Positions 25,811-38,383 of a DNA stretch of 64,000 nucleotides are shown here, one piece after another. The position numbers and the translations under genes were made by a program. The first letter of the stretch is position 1; every line of letters starts with the position of its first letter. The DNA is from Octopus vulgaris (taxonomy: Eukaryota). The notes beneath the pieces are model-generated. The model was not told the origin of the DNA and made no database searches. It worked only from the letters and a program-made list of their open reading frames with translations. The stretch lies in the NCBI GenBank assembly GCA_951406725.2, contig OX597836.1, positions 30,690,001 through 30,754,000 on the forward strand. The letters run 5' to 3'.

Positions 25811-26249
25811 ATGACTGGTTGACTGACCAAATCCAAGCTTTTCTGCTAGTTCCTCAACAGTTACAATGGGATTTTGTTCCACCAGGGTTTGCAGGATGTC
25901 CTCATCGAGCTCTACAGATCTTCCAAGTTACTATTTCTAGGAAGTTGAGTGATTTCCTTGTTAGCTCAAAAATTATACTTCAGTACAGTGTGTGTGTATA
26001 AATATGTGTATGTGTTTATATATGTGTATTATGTGGATATAAATGTATCAAATGGTGATGGTGGGGGGACAAACACACGTAAATATATGAAAAAAAGTTT
26101 GTTTCCATCTTTTTGTTTCTATGTTTTCGTATCTCATTGTGTTCAATGTTTTTTTGATGTCCTGTACCCATATATGCATGTATATATACATATAGATGTA
26201 GGTATGTACATATATGTATGTATATATGCATATATTTATATATTATTTA

Positions 26250-26294
26250 TATTATATATATATATGTGTGTGTGTGTGTGTATGTATATATGTG

Positions 26295-26325
<31 letters not shown>

Positions 26326-26460
26326 GTGTATGTATATATATGTATGTATGTGTATGTATATGTATGTATGTGTATGTATGTATGTGTGTGTATGTATATA
26401 TATATGTATGTGTATGTATGTATATATATGTATGTGTATGTATATATATGTATGTGTATG

Positions 26461-26523
<63 letters not shown>

Positions 26524-26525
26524 TG
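26250..26525. repeat. Compound (TA)n/(TG)n/(TATG)n microsatellite just upstream of MRGBP exon 3
   Basis: Directly visible. It produces several spurious YI/CV ORFs. Confidence 0.95.
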
Positions 26526-26573
26526 TGTATGTAGGTATACATATATCTATCCATTCATCCATTTGTTTTGCAG

Positions 26574-26763
26574 AACGAGTCCGAAATATTTCCTTTCCCT
26601 AATCGTATCTGTGATTTTGAATTGAATGGCAATGAGTATGGCAACCTTCTGTCCGGAGAATTTCCTCGTTACAAACCTGGTGCTTTCAGCTCTCTGGACG
26701 AGAATAACATGAGTGAAGCAAGTAAATTATTGAGCGCAGCTGATATAAAGACCGAAGAAAAAG
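26574..26763 (+). CDS. MRGBP: MRGBP exon 3
   Basis: ttgcag|...|gtagga. Encodes [17 protein letters not shown]... (compare HESEILPFPNPERNFVL). Confidence 0.9.
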
Positions 26764-27662
26764 GTAGGACATTTAATGGGATTTTTTTTGTAAAAAATTC
26801 TTTTTTTTTTTATTTATGAGTGGCTTTGTGGTAAGAAGCTCGCTTCTCAACCACATAGTTCCAGGTTCAGTCCCACTGTGTGGCATCTTGGGCAAGTGTC
26901 TTATATTTATATATACGACAGGCTTCTTTCAGTTTCTGTCTACCAAATTTACTTACAAGCCTTTGGTTGGTCCGAGGCCATAGTAGAAGACACCTGCCCA
27001 AGGTTCCACACAGGGGGACTGAATCCAGAACCATGTGTTTAGGAAGCAATCTTCTTATTTCTTTATTGCCCACAAGGGGCTAAACATAGAGGGGACAGAC
27101 AAACGGATTAAGTCGATTAGATCAATCCCAGTGCGTAACTGGTACTTAATTCATTGACCCCGAAAGGATGAAAGGCAAAGTCGACCTCGACGGAATTTGA
27201 AATCAGAACATAGTGGCAGACGAAAAACCGCTAAGCACTTCGCCCAGTATGCTAACGTTTCTTATTTCTTTATTGCCCACAAGGGGCTAAACATAGAGGG
27301 GACAGACAAAGGGATTAAGTCGATTACATCGACCCCAGTGCGTAACTGGTACTTAATTTATCAACCCCTAAAGGATGAAAGGCAAAGTCGACCTCGGCGG
27401 AATTTGAACTCCAAACGTAATGGCAGACGAAATACCGCTAAGCATTTCGCCCAGTGTGCTAACATTTCTGCCAGCTCGCCGCCTTCTTACCACATAGCCA
27501 TGCCTGCAGCTAGAGCCAGACCTGTGCCTTTTTACATGTGAAAAAAAGAAAATTGTTTTGCATAAAACAAATGCCTTATTCTTTTTCTTTCTGCATTTTG
27601 ATAATCTAGTTATTACAGATTTACTAGTGTTACATGATTTCTTGTCAATTTTTCTTTGGCAG

Positions 27663-27880
27663 GTTTGCATAAAATTCAGCTTAAAGACATTTCCAGTTCT
27701 TTATCGAATACAAGCAATTCTGGCAGTACATCGTACTCCTCCTCCTCTTCCTCCTCAACTTCTCTGGTCTCCACCCTTTCTTCAAACACAAGTGAAAGCT
27801 CGAAGCGGAAACGTACACGACAGGGACAAACTCCTGGAGCGGATGGAGCTCCCAACAAACGTAAGAGGAGATTTGTTTGA
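27663..27880 (+). CDS. MRGBP: MRGBP last coding exon
   Basis: tggcag| acceptor, phase 1 fits. Ser-rich stretch then KRKRTR...PNKRKRRFV and TGA, resembling the basic C-terminus of MRGBP. Confidence 0.85.
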
Positions 27881-29094
27881 AAAATAAAAGATTATATATA
27901 TATGTATATGCACACCAAAGAATTAAAAAAATTTTTTTATTTTTTGGTTCTGATAGGAAAATAACTCAGTGGGATTGTTTTCACCCCAGAATTAAAAAAA
28001 TTTTTTTTGTTCCCCAAACTTTTCATTTTCTTTTTTTTCTTAGTTTAGGACAATGATCTTCGGGGATAATGTTTTGATGATTAGTGAAATGAGGATTTTT
28101 TTTTTTTTTGCTTGCATATTAGACCCCTCCCTATTTATTTATTTATTTATTTATTTATTTGTACTCCTTGATGACATAAAATTTAAGAATCCACAACACA
28201 TTTGGAACTAATTTCAAGGAGATAAAGTTGTAAGCACAGAACAATTTTACTTTTAATTCACGAATTAATCTATGGTTCATGTACATCACTATCTACTTGA
28301 AGCATCTGAATTCATGTTAAAAGTTATTTCCCTTAGCTTAACTTAGCATATTCGATCTAGATCCTTGACTGGTCCATACCTTAATACACGAGTTAAGCTA
28401 TATTTGGTTGATCAATAGATAGTATGTTATATAACTCAGTATAGTACATGTGTCAGCTATATTTGATACTGATCTTTGATGGCTAATTACCTTATACAAT
28501 AATTTAATTTACGTTGTTTTTGTTTGCAAGATTCTTAACGTGAAATCACATTTTGTTGTATCTTAGGAGGGTCATTACACCAAACACACCCACTGGTTCT
28601 GTGTCACTTCTTTATAATTAGCCACTTGGTTAGTTATTTAACCAACCAACTAAGCAATTGTCTGCTTAATCAGGCACTTAAGCAATCAGTCAGTTGTCAG
28701 TGTCCTGTTGCCATTCACAACTTCATCAATGACATGCCCAGTCTCCTCCTGGCCTGCTTTACGTCTGTCTGTCTTCAAATTGATACCTATGTTTATGTAG
28801 TTATAGATGTGTGGGTCAAGTACTTGAGAAGGGAAGGGAAAGAAAAAGGAAGTGTGTGTGTGTGATTGGTGATCCTGATGATTAAGTAAGCAATTGATTA
28901 GTTGGTTAAATGATAAACCAATTAACTAATAATAAACAACTAATATTGAACCAGTGCATGTGATTATAATTGCTGTAATGAACCTCCCAAGATACAACGA
29001 AATTAAATTATTACACTTAGTTAAATACATAAGTTAAATTATATTTGATTTGGTTCTTTGATAGATCAACATATTACACAATGACTCAGTTTAA

Positions 29095-29314
29095 CCCTTT
29101 TGTTACCAACCCGGCTGAAACCGGCTCTGGCTCTGAGTAGAAATGTCTTGTTTTCATAAGTTTTGAATTAAAATCTTCCACCAAACCTAAGTCACAATTT
29201 ATGTTCCTAACACTGGCTGAATGATAACTAAATTATTTTACTAAATTTGTTGTTATATATAACATAATTGAAAGAAACACAGAGCATCTCAAAATAAATA
29301 CAGTAATGAAATAG
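29095..29314. mobile_element. piggyBac-type MITE, copy 2
   Basis: TTAA on both sides. Collinear with 7640-7859. Confidence 0.75.
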
Positions 29315-31256
29315 TTAATAGATAAGACAAGTTATTGTTGATACATTTCTTTGGTGGATCAATACATTATATAGTGCAATTTGCATTGTTCAGTTTAATA
29401 AATGAGATATGGTGTATTTGAAAGCAGTCTTTGGAGACTCAACTCACTGCACGGCAACTAATATATTTTTCAGACTATTAACCTTGACTTAAGAAATGAA
29501 GCAATTTTTAATATATGCATGTATACTGTGCTACTTTTGGTTGACTTGAACCTCTCATTGTAAGCTAATTTAAATCAATTTGATTTCTCGTATTTTAATT
29601 TCAATTAGTGTGATCTCTGATCATATGCTAATGTCAGTGGTTTTCGTCTCTGATTGTATACTAGTTTCAGTTAGTTTGATCTCTGGTTGTATATATTCAG
29701 AATGCTTGGATATTTACTTAGTTGGATTTCAACTGGTAACCTTTATTTTCTATACTCTTGGAGTGGTTTGCATTAGGAAGGCCATCCAGCTGTAGAAACT
29801 CTGCCAGATCAAGATTGGAGCCTGGTGCAGCCATCTGGTTTGCCAGCCCTCAGTCAAAATCGTCCAACCCATGCTAGCATGGAAAGCGGACGTTAAACAA
29901 TGATGATGATGACTAAGTCTAATAACTGGATTGAATTCTGTCTGTACTCTATGCTGCTTATCCGGGAATAAAACATCTGATGGTGACCTGAGATCAAACT
30001 AACTGAAATGTTATTTAGATGTCAATATAAAAATAAAAATGATACACCTCTAAAGATGAGGTTACTAGTTTGAAAAACAATGATCTTATTAACAACTTAT
30101 TCAGGTAGTTATATATTTAATGTACTGATTCACTGTTGATTATTTAGATTATGAGAAGTGATGCATGAAATATTGCTCTACTTCTTCACTGATTCTATGA
30201 TATTTTTTAGCTTTGTACCAAGATAACCATATATATAACTAAACTGTTTAAATCATCTGAAGAACTAAGTAAATATATGCGTATATATATATAAATTAAA
30301 TTAGAGATAAAACCACTATTAGGCAACTCAAACAGTGATAGATATAAACCAAAACATAAAAAACAAAAAATAAATATATATATAAAATTTAAAATTTAAA
30401 TTATTAAAATAAAAAAATTTTAAATTTATATTTTTAAATTTGATTTAATCCTAAATATAATTTTTCCCTGTAAGTTTGGATATACTCCCTAATATTATTA
30501 TATATATATATGTATGTACTCACACACATACACACACAAACAAACATAGAGTTTTCAGCAAGCAATAATCATGCCTATAGTAATCCGCATTGTCCAGGTA
30601 TAGCTGTGTGGATAGAGTTTGTATCATAACCACATGGTCTTGAGTTCTCTATCACTACAAAGACACCTTGGGCAAGTGCCTTCTTCAAAGCAGAATTGGT
30701 AGATGGGAAACTGTATGGAAGCCCTTTGTATATGTGTGCAAATGTTTACATTCCCTTGAGCAAAACACTGGTTTTACATTGACATTCCAAGTTTACAAAA
30801 TTGGCCTGTTTGAAGATGACTAGAATAAACTAATCACTTGAAAAACAGGCAAAGGTTTTTAAGAGGAAGAACATTCAGCTGTAGAAACCATTCCAAAACT
30901 GACAGAAGAGCTTGGTGCAATCCCCTGGCTTGCCAGCATAAATAACATTCATTAAATGATGATGATGATTTTTATATATATATCATCATCATCATCATTT
31001 AGCATCCGCTTTCCATGCTAGCATGGGTTGGACGGTTCAACTGGGGTTTGGGAAGCCAGAAGGCTGCACCAGGCCCAGTCTGATCTGGCAATGTTTCTAC
31101 GGCTGGATGCCCTTCCTAATGCCAACCACTCCGTGAGTGTAGTGGGTGCTTTTTACATGCCAGTGGCATGTAAAAAGCACCCACTACACTCACGGAGTGG
31201 TTGGCGTTAGGAAGGGCATCCAGCCATAGAAACATTGCCAGATCAGACTGGGCCTG

Positions 31257-31303
<47 letters not shown>

Positions 31304-32174
31304 TATGTTGGTGCAAACAGGAAAAATAGAACTAAAAATGTGTGTTTTTGTATATTTTCATTAATATTTAGCAGAAGAAACAGTGACTCAACGTCTGGCA
31401 CTTATCAAGCTAGTTTGGTAAGTGCCAATGCACAAGACTCTTGGACCTAGAGTCTCTCTGTTGCTTCTTTAAAGGTGCCCCAGTATGGCCACAGTCTAAT
31501 GAATGAAACAAGTAAAAGATAAACGATATATATATATCATCAACAACAACATTTAACATCCGTTTTCCATGCTGGCATGAGTTGGACGGTTAGACTAAAG
31601 CTGACGAGCTGGGGAGATGCACCAGGTTCCAGTTTTGGGTTGGTGTCTATGGCCGGATGTCCTTGTCGACAATTAGAACATACGAATGCAACTTTAGATT
31701 TTAGAGCTCTACATAAAATATCATCATCCAGGTCTGCCTTCAGACATTTTGATCTCTGTAGCACAATGCAATAAAGTGTCCCCCTAGTGATCCCTTTGTG
31801 GTTAAGCATCCAGTTGCTCTTGGAACATTCAATGCAGCAGTTCCAAGCAACCACAACAGTGAAACATATGTAGGGAACAAATTATATATAAATTTGTGTT
31901 TATTATTTCTCTCTCACACACACACACACACACACCAAACACTTATACACATACTCACAAAAAAATTGTCAAAAGAGTGCCTTTTAATGTTGAACATATA
32001 AAACTTGGATGGAGTTTCTGACTATGATATTGCCACTAAAATCTGTAAATATTCTTGCTTCCGATACCTTTTTCTTTTTCAAATAGATATTTTTCTCTTT
32101 GATCTCTTGCTTCCCAACAAACAATGTATTTTCATCTTGAGAAATATCATAATGTAGTATTGATTACTTATATA

Positions 32175-32212
<38 letters not shown>

Positions 32213-33109
32213 CACACACACACACCATATTTAAAGAATATATGTGTGTGTGTATGTATGTATGTATACGAGTGAGTAGACAAACAAAAGAAAGAGGCAC
32301 TCGACACATTTAGTAGGAGTTACACATATTATTTTTAAAATTTTGATTTCAGCCTCATGCAACTTAATAATGTTCTAGGGCCAAATGAAACTGTTTTAAA
32401 TAATATCTATCTATCTATCTATCAATTTATATATATATATATATATATATAAGTCAAAATGAGGGTGAAAAAATTCGATATTAATTTAATAACATCAATT
32501 TAAACACCAGTGGCCTAGCGTATAAAAAACTGAGATTCAGTAAATATTATTAATACACAAATATGAGAGAGAATCCACTATGTGGACGCTCTTACGCTAG
32601 ATATAGTGTACTAAAATTTTTTCTTGAGAACAATTCTTAGTGGTTGGGTCCCTTTGCAGATCTATATCTAGCGTAAGAGCGTCCACAGTGGATTCTCTCT
32701 TATATTTGTATATATATATATATTGGTAAAATGAATGGTCTACAATAGTCTTTCCTCAATATTTAAGTCAGCATCCAAATTGTATTTTATTATATATATA
32801 GTGACGTTCGTTAAGCATGCAAGCACAGACACACAAAAATGTATCCAGTACGAGATATTTCTTTTCAATATATTTTATACCAACTGTGAGACGTCTGAAT
32901 CACTTCAGATCTTTGTGTAAATTCATTTCATGTATTTAATGAAGTAATTAACCAGCTTTATTTCCACACCTCTGATTACCTTGGAGGCGCTGGTACATCT
33001 TCTATTATAGGTGCTAGAACAAACAAGACACACAGTTAACATGATAGAAAAAGAAGCACACTGCTCTGCTCTTTAAGTGTTGTTAACAGCGACTGGCAGG
33101 AAATGCTGA

Positions 33110-33215
33110 CCACTACCACTACTACTACTACTACCAATGATCATATCTCATTGTGGGCTTACTACTACTACTACTACCAATGAGCATATCTCAATGTTGG
33201 CTTACTACTACTACC
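33110..33215. repeat. Two-copy tandem repeat with (CTA)n
   Basis: (cta)n-ccaatga.catatctca.tgt.ggctta repeated twice. Confidence 0.8.
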
Positions 33216-36200
33216 ACCTACCTACATACATACATACATACCTGATGGCTGCTTCTCAATGAGGACACAGGTGTCTTTGGAATCAGCTAAATTCTGTTGC
33301 TTCTGGACTAGGTTAACTAGAAGTAAGGTATATTGAGAGTGTACTCTGTCTTATTGGTCGGTCGTCAGTTAATGAAATAAATGCATTTAAAAGGAAAAAA
33401 AAAAAATAAATGGAAAGGTAAAAAATCCTGAAATCTGAACATTGTGAATTGGTAGTTACAACATTCATGGTTCTATAAAACCTCAATGTCCGAAGAGTAT
33501 GGACATTGTTTTCTCACCAAACAGACTTAATGAATGAAAGCTTTTTTAATCAAAAGCTTCACCTAAATTACTTACCAAGAGAAACTCAGTTTTTATACCG
33601 TCATCAATACGTTTAGGTATCATTCTATATAAAATTAATAAATCAAAATTATATATATATATAATTGGATGATGTTTCTAAAAGTCAACTGAACAAACCA
33701 ATTATCTCCCCTTATTTTTGTTCGTGAATTGAAAACTATTTGTGACAGACTGAAAAGAATCATTTCTTGTTTGTAATTTGGATACTGTTTGTAAAAGACG
33801 TCTAAATAAACCAAGCATTTCCCATTGTTCATGGTTGTTGAAACAAAAAAAAAAAAGAGAGAAAAAATTTATCATTTCCCTTCATTTTTGTCTGTAAAAG
33901 ACACCCAAACAATTATTTTTGCTTGTAAAAAGCGCCTACACACACACATGAATTACTTCCCCTTTATTTTCTTTGTAACTTTGTATGCCCCACCAAATCC
34001 AGTTATCCAATAAACTAATTATTGTCTCTGTATATCTGTTTGTACCTTCTTTTTGTGTATGTGTCTTTGTGAATTCACTTATTTTTGTTTTGACAATAAA
34101 ATGAAATTAACAAACAATTTGTTATTGGTGTCATTTTTCTAAAACTTTATGTCCACCATCATCATCATCATTATCGTTTAATGTCTGCCTGCCATGCTGG
34201 CATGGGTTGGATGGTTTGACAGGAGCCGGTTAAGCAGGAACCTGCACCAGACTTCTGTGTCTGTTTTGGCAGGGGTTTTTACAGCTGGATGCCCTTCCTA
34301 GCACCAACCACCCTGCACAGTGGACTGAGTGCTTTTTACATGGCACAAGGTCAGTTTTTGGTATGGTTTTTATAGCTGGATGCCCTTCCAAACGCCAACC
34401 ATTTTACAATGGGGACCAATTGCTTTTTATGTGGCATCAGCTACTGGCAGGGTTACCAAGTAATGTGGAAGACAAAATTTCTTTTAGAGGAGAGGGGGCA
34501 TTGAAGGAGATTCAAAGTTATTCAGTCGGAGAGAGAGAGATCAGGAATGAGGAAAGGAACGTGTGTTGTTATAAAGGAGCTACATGGTTACCCAACCTGA
34601 AGGAAGAGCTGGAGCGAGAGAAAGAGAGTGGGAGACAGCAAGATTATAAGAGAGAGCAGAAGAGAGATGATGGCAAAGTGCCAGGCATATTCACAAAGCA
34701 TGGGGATCAGAATATAAATGGGATGGTTGAGTAAAGGAAGAGAGATACATAGATGGTGACAAGTGTCAGGGCATACCCTTGAGGTTCGAAGGTCATAATA
34801 TAAGTGGCTGGACATTGCCTAAGAAATATGAATAGAGAGTGAAGAAGAGGTAATACAGTGAGTGGTGAACACCTGGGTATATAGAGGGGGTGGGGAGAGA
34901 GGTAAGCATAATGCATGAAGGAGATGTGAGGAAGAGAAGAGATGTAGTTTGGTTTGTTGGAGTAGGGTGTGTGAAAAGTTCTCTTATTACATGTGGGTGA
35001 AATACATATTACAGAAATTTAGTGGAACGTAAGTTACATAAGATTGTGTAGAGGACTAAGTTTGATGGAAGATTAAGGCACCAGATGTATATGAATATAT
35101 ATATTCCTTTATTGCCCACAGGGAGCTAAACATAGCGGGGACAGACAAAGGGATTAAATAATTTACATCAACTCCAGTGCATAGCTGGTACTTATTTAAT
35201 CGACCCCGAAAGGATAAAAGGCCAAGTTGACCTCAGCAAAATTTGAACTCAGAACATAGCGGCAGACAAAATACCTATTTGTTTACTACCTACAAGGGGC
35301 TAAACACAGAGAGGACAAACGGATTAAGTCGATTATATCGACCCCAGTGAGTAACTGGTACTTATTTAATCGACCCCAAAAGGATGAAAGGCAAAGTCGA
35401 CCTCGGCGGAATTTGAACTCAGAACGTAGCGACAGATGAAATACCGCTAAGTATTTCGCCTGGCGTGCTAACGTTTCTGCCAGCTCGCCGCCTTCAAAAC
35501 GTATATGAATATAACCAGATATATATGAATATATATATTTCTTTATTGCCCACAGGGAGCTAAACATAGTGGGGACAGACAAAGGGATTAAGTCAATTAC
35601 ATCAACTCCAGTGCATAGCTGGTACTTATTTAATTGTCCCCGAAAGGATAAAAGGCTAAGTCGACCTCAGCAAAATTTGAACTCAGAACGTAGCAGCAGA
35701 CAAAATACCTATTTCTTTACTACCCACAAGGGGCTAAACTCAGAGAGGTCAGAAAAACAGATTAAGTCAATTATATCGACCCCAGTGCATAACTGGTACT
35801 TATTTCAGTTATGCAAGAACGAAACTGTATATATATATAGCGAGAAGTTGAGGTTATAAGAGATAATGGTGTCATTGAGACCCAAAGGTGTCAGGTAATG
35901 CTGAATAAGTGCTATAGACAGACCATAGTTTTAATACAAACCTTGACTCTGCCACACTCTATATAAATTCCCTACTGAGAATGACCAAGTTTAAGAGAAT
36001 TTTACATTGCTTATAAACTCTATATTTGGATGGACTCATATTAAACTCTGTTGGACTTTTGGATTTTACTCAAAGGATATTGGAATATTGCATATATACC
36101 ATTATGCCTATAAAATGGATTTACAAATTCAATACCCATACATATCTTACATCTATTTTCTTTCCTCCACCTCACTCTCTATTTGTATCACATCGAAACT

Positions 36201-36718
36201 ATGACTTAATTTTTCCTCTCACACCGACTCCGATGAAGGGATATTATTAATTAATATCCTAGAAACAGCTGTAAGACCTACCTATAAATGCTCTAATATC
36301 TATGCAGCCTTGGTTTTTTTTATCTTATTATGCAAAAGATTCTTATATATAGTTCAAATTTACAGAAAAACAAAAGACAAAGATAGGTGAGGGAACAACA
36401 AGCAGGTATATTAATTTGATGCTCGGGAAGAATGGAAAAGCCTTTGGCATTTCAAGCCTACACTCTTCAACAGAAAGGATTGAGAGGGGAAAAAACTGAG
36501 AGAACGAAAAAAATGTGTAGGTATTGTGTGTGTGTATATATACACTAGGGCTTGCAAAAAACCGATAATTCCCAAAACTGAGTTTAAGTATAAGTAATTC
36601 TCAAAACCAGTTTTCACAGGTACTACTTCAGAAGAGTGGTCCCAGTGCGCGCATCCGCGCTAGCTAGTCGATCCTTACTTTGTGCTTTTGTGTTTTATTT
36701 ACTTTGTGTAAAAAAATT

Positions 36719-37496
36719 GGATCTTTTCGGTTTGAACAGCAGTTTTTAACATAATTTCTAGGTAACTAAAACATTTTAAACTTCGTATACTGGTAGAATG
36801 TGTTTATAAAACATCTTTTTCTCTTGGCTTTATTGAGAAAATTCTATAGTTTGTAAGATATTTGTTGCTTTTTTTCATCAATTTCTGCAATTTCAACCAA
36901 TCACTGACGTGTATTGAGGTAAACAACATTCTGTGCCGTATGAATATGTCCCTCGTTTAAGAAACAGATTGGGTTTATTTACATTTGTGAAGAAAAAAAA
37001 AGATGGTTCTGGGTTCAGTCCCACTGCGTGGCATCTTGGGCAAATGTCTTCTGCTATAGCCTCGGGCCGACCAATGCCTTGTGAGTGGATTTGGTAGACG
37101 GAAACTGAAAGAAGCCTGTCGTATATATGTATATATATGTATGTATGTGTATGTATATGTTTGTGTGTCTGTGTTTGTCCCTCTAGCATTGCTTGACAAC
37201 CGATGCTGGTGTGTTTACGTCCCCGTCACTTAGCGGTTCGGCAAAAGAGACCGATAGAATAAGTACTGGGCTTACAAAGAATAAGTCCCGGGGTTGATTT
37301 GCTCGACTAAAGGCGGTGCTCCAGCATGGCCGCAGTCAAATGACTGAAACAGGTAAAAGAGTATACCCTTCTCCCCACCCCTAACCCGAACCCTAAAAGA
37401 GATTGAAATGCAATAGATCGATACTAGGGTCATAATTATGGATGACAATTTCATGACACCGCTATAAAAAAACTGCCGTTCAAACCGAAAAGATCC
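36719..37496. mobile_element. TIR element nested in the hAT, itself containing a SINE (37005-37362)
   Basis: ggatcttttcggtttgaacagcagttttt / aaaaactgccgttcaaaccgaaaagatcc. No clear TSD. Confidence 0.75.
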
Positions 37497-37711
37497 ATTT
37501 TGTGTTTTATTTACCTTGCACGGTAGTCGTTGTAGGATCGACTAGTCACGACTTCATTGCGCTTGTGTATTCACGAATGAGTCGATTACCTTCATAAGTA
37601 GATGGGACAACAGTAACACTTGTTTTTAGGTTCCCTCCTATTTCATTTTCTTTGTATAATTCTGTTGTGTTCTCAGCATCATGTTCAGGAAATAATCTCC
37701 TATATGCTTGT

Positions 37712-38383
37712 TCAGAATACTTCCTTAAATGTTGTTTCGTTAAAAAATAGAAAAGGTCCAGAAATTGACTCACCTTTAGATTTCCTTGGGTTATGTAAAT
37801 ACCTCAAAAGAGTCAAGGTTTCGACATTTCTACTCTTATCATATCTATGCATAAGATTTTCACGAAGATTTAGAGCCAAAGGGTTGCCGACGATATTAAG
37901 TTTATTCAATAAAAATTCTATAAAATATTCGGCTTTCAGTAAGCCTGTATCATCAGCGCAAATAGCCTTCAAAATAATTTCTACTGAATGCAGAATTTCA
38001 TATAGTAAATTGAGAGATTTCCATTCTTCGTCAGCGACGGCATCTGTGGAAAGTTCTGCTCGTAGAGCATTTGGAATGCAGCTTTTCAATTTCAAAAATC
38101 TCTCAATCATATGGAATGTGCTTTTCCACCGAGTTCTGCAATCCAGTATAAGTTTATATTCTCTGTTATCAAAGTTCGGTCGTACAAAATCTTGCAAAAT
38201 TTCATTTTTTGTAGGAGATTTACGGAAAAGTTTTGAAATTTTTCTTACCTTATTTAAAACTTTGCTAAATTCAGGTTTTAGCTGGGGAAAACAAGCATTT
38301 TCGTGAGCCAAATCTGTTTGACAAAGTATGTCTTGTTGGCTTATGTCAGCTTCATCATCACTATCGTCTGTTATGGCAATCAC
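37712..38383 (-). pseudogene. hAT transposase fragment
   Basis: 223-aa partial ORF with a TRWxS motif. Lacks the N-terminal and dimerisation regions. Confidence 0.75.

Noticed and set aside
25949-26625. Long ORFs rich in YI/CV/HT repeats (also near 19237-19591 and 56787-57137)
   Set aside because: Translations of (TA)n/(TG)n microsatellites, which lack stop codons.
33110-33215. Repeat-spacer-like pattern (CRISPR?)
   Set aside because: Only two units with near-identical spacers, in a eukaryotic context with no cas genes; a simple tandem duplication.
37620-38306. 228-aa plus-strand ORF
   Set aside because: Antisense shadow of the hAT transposase remnant.
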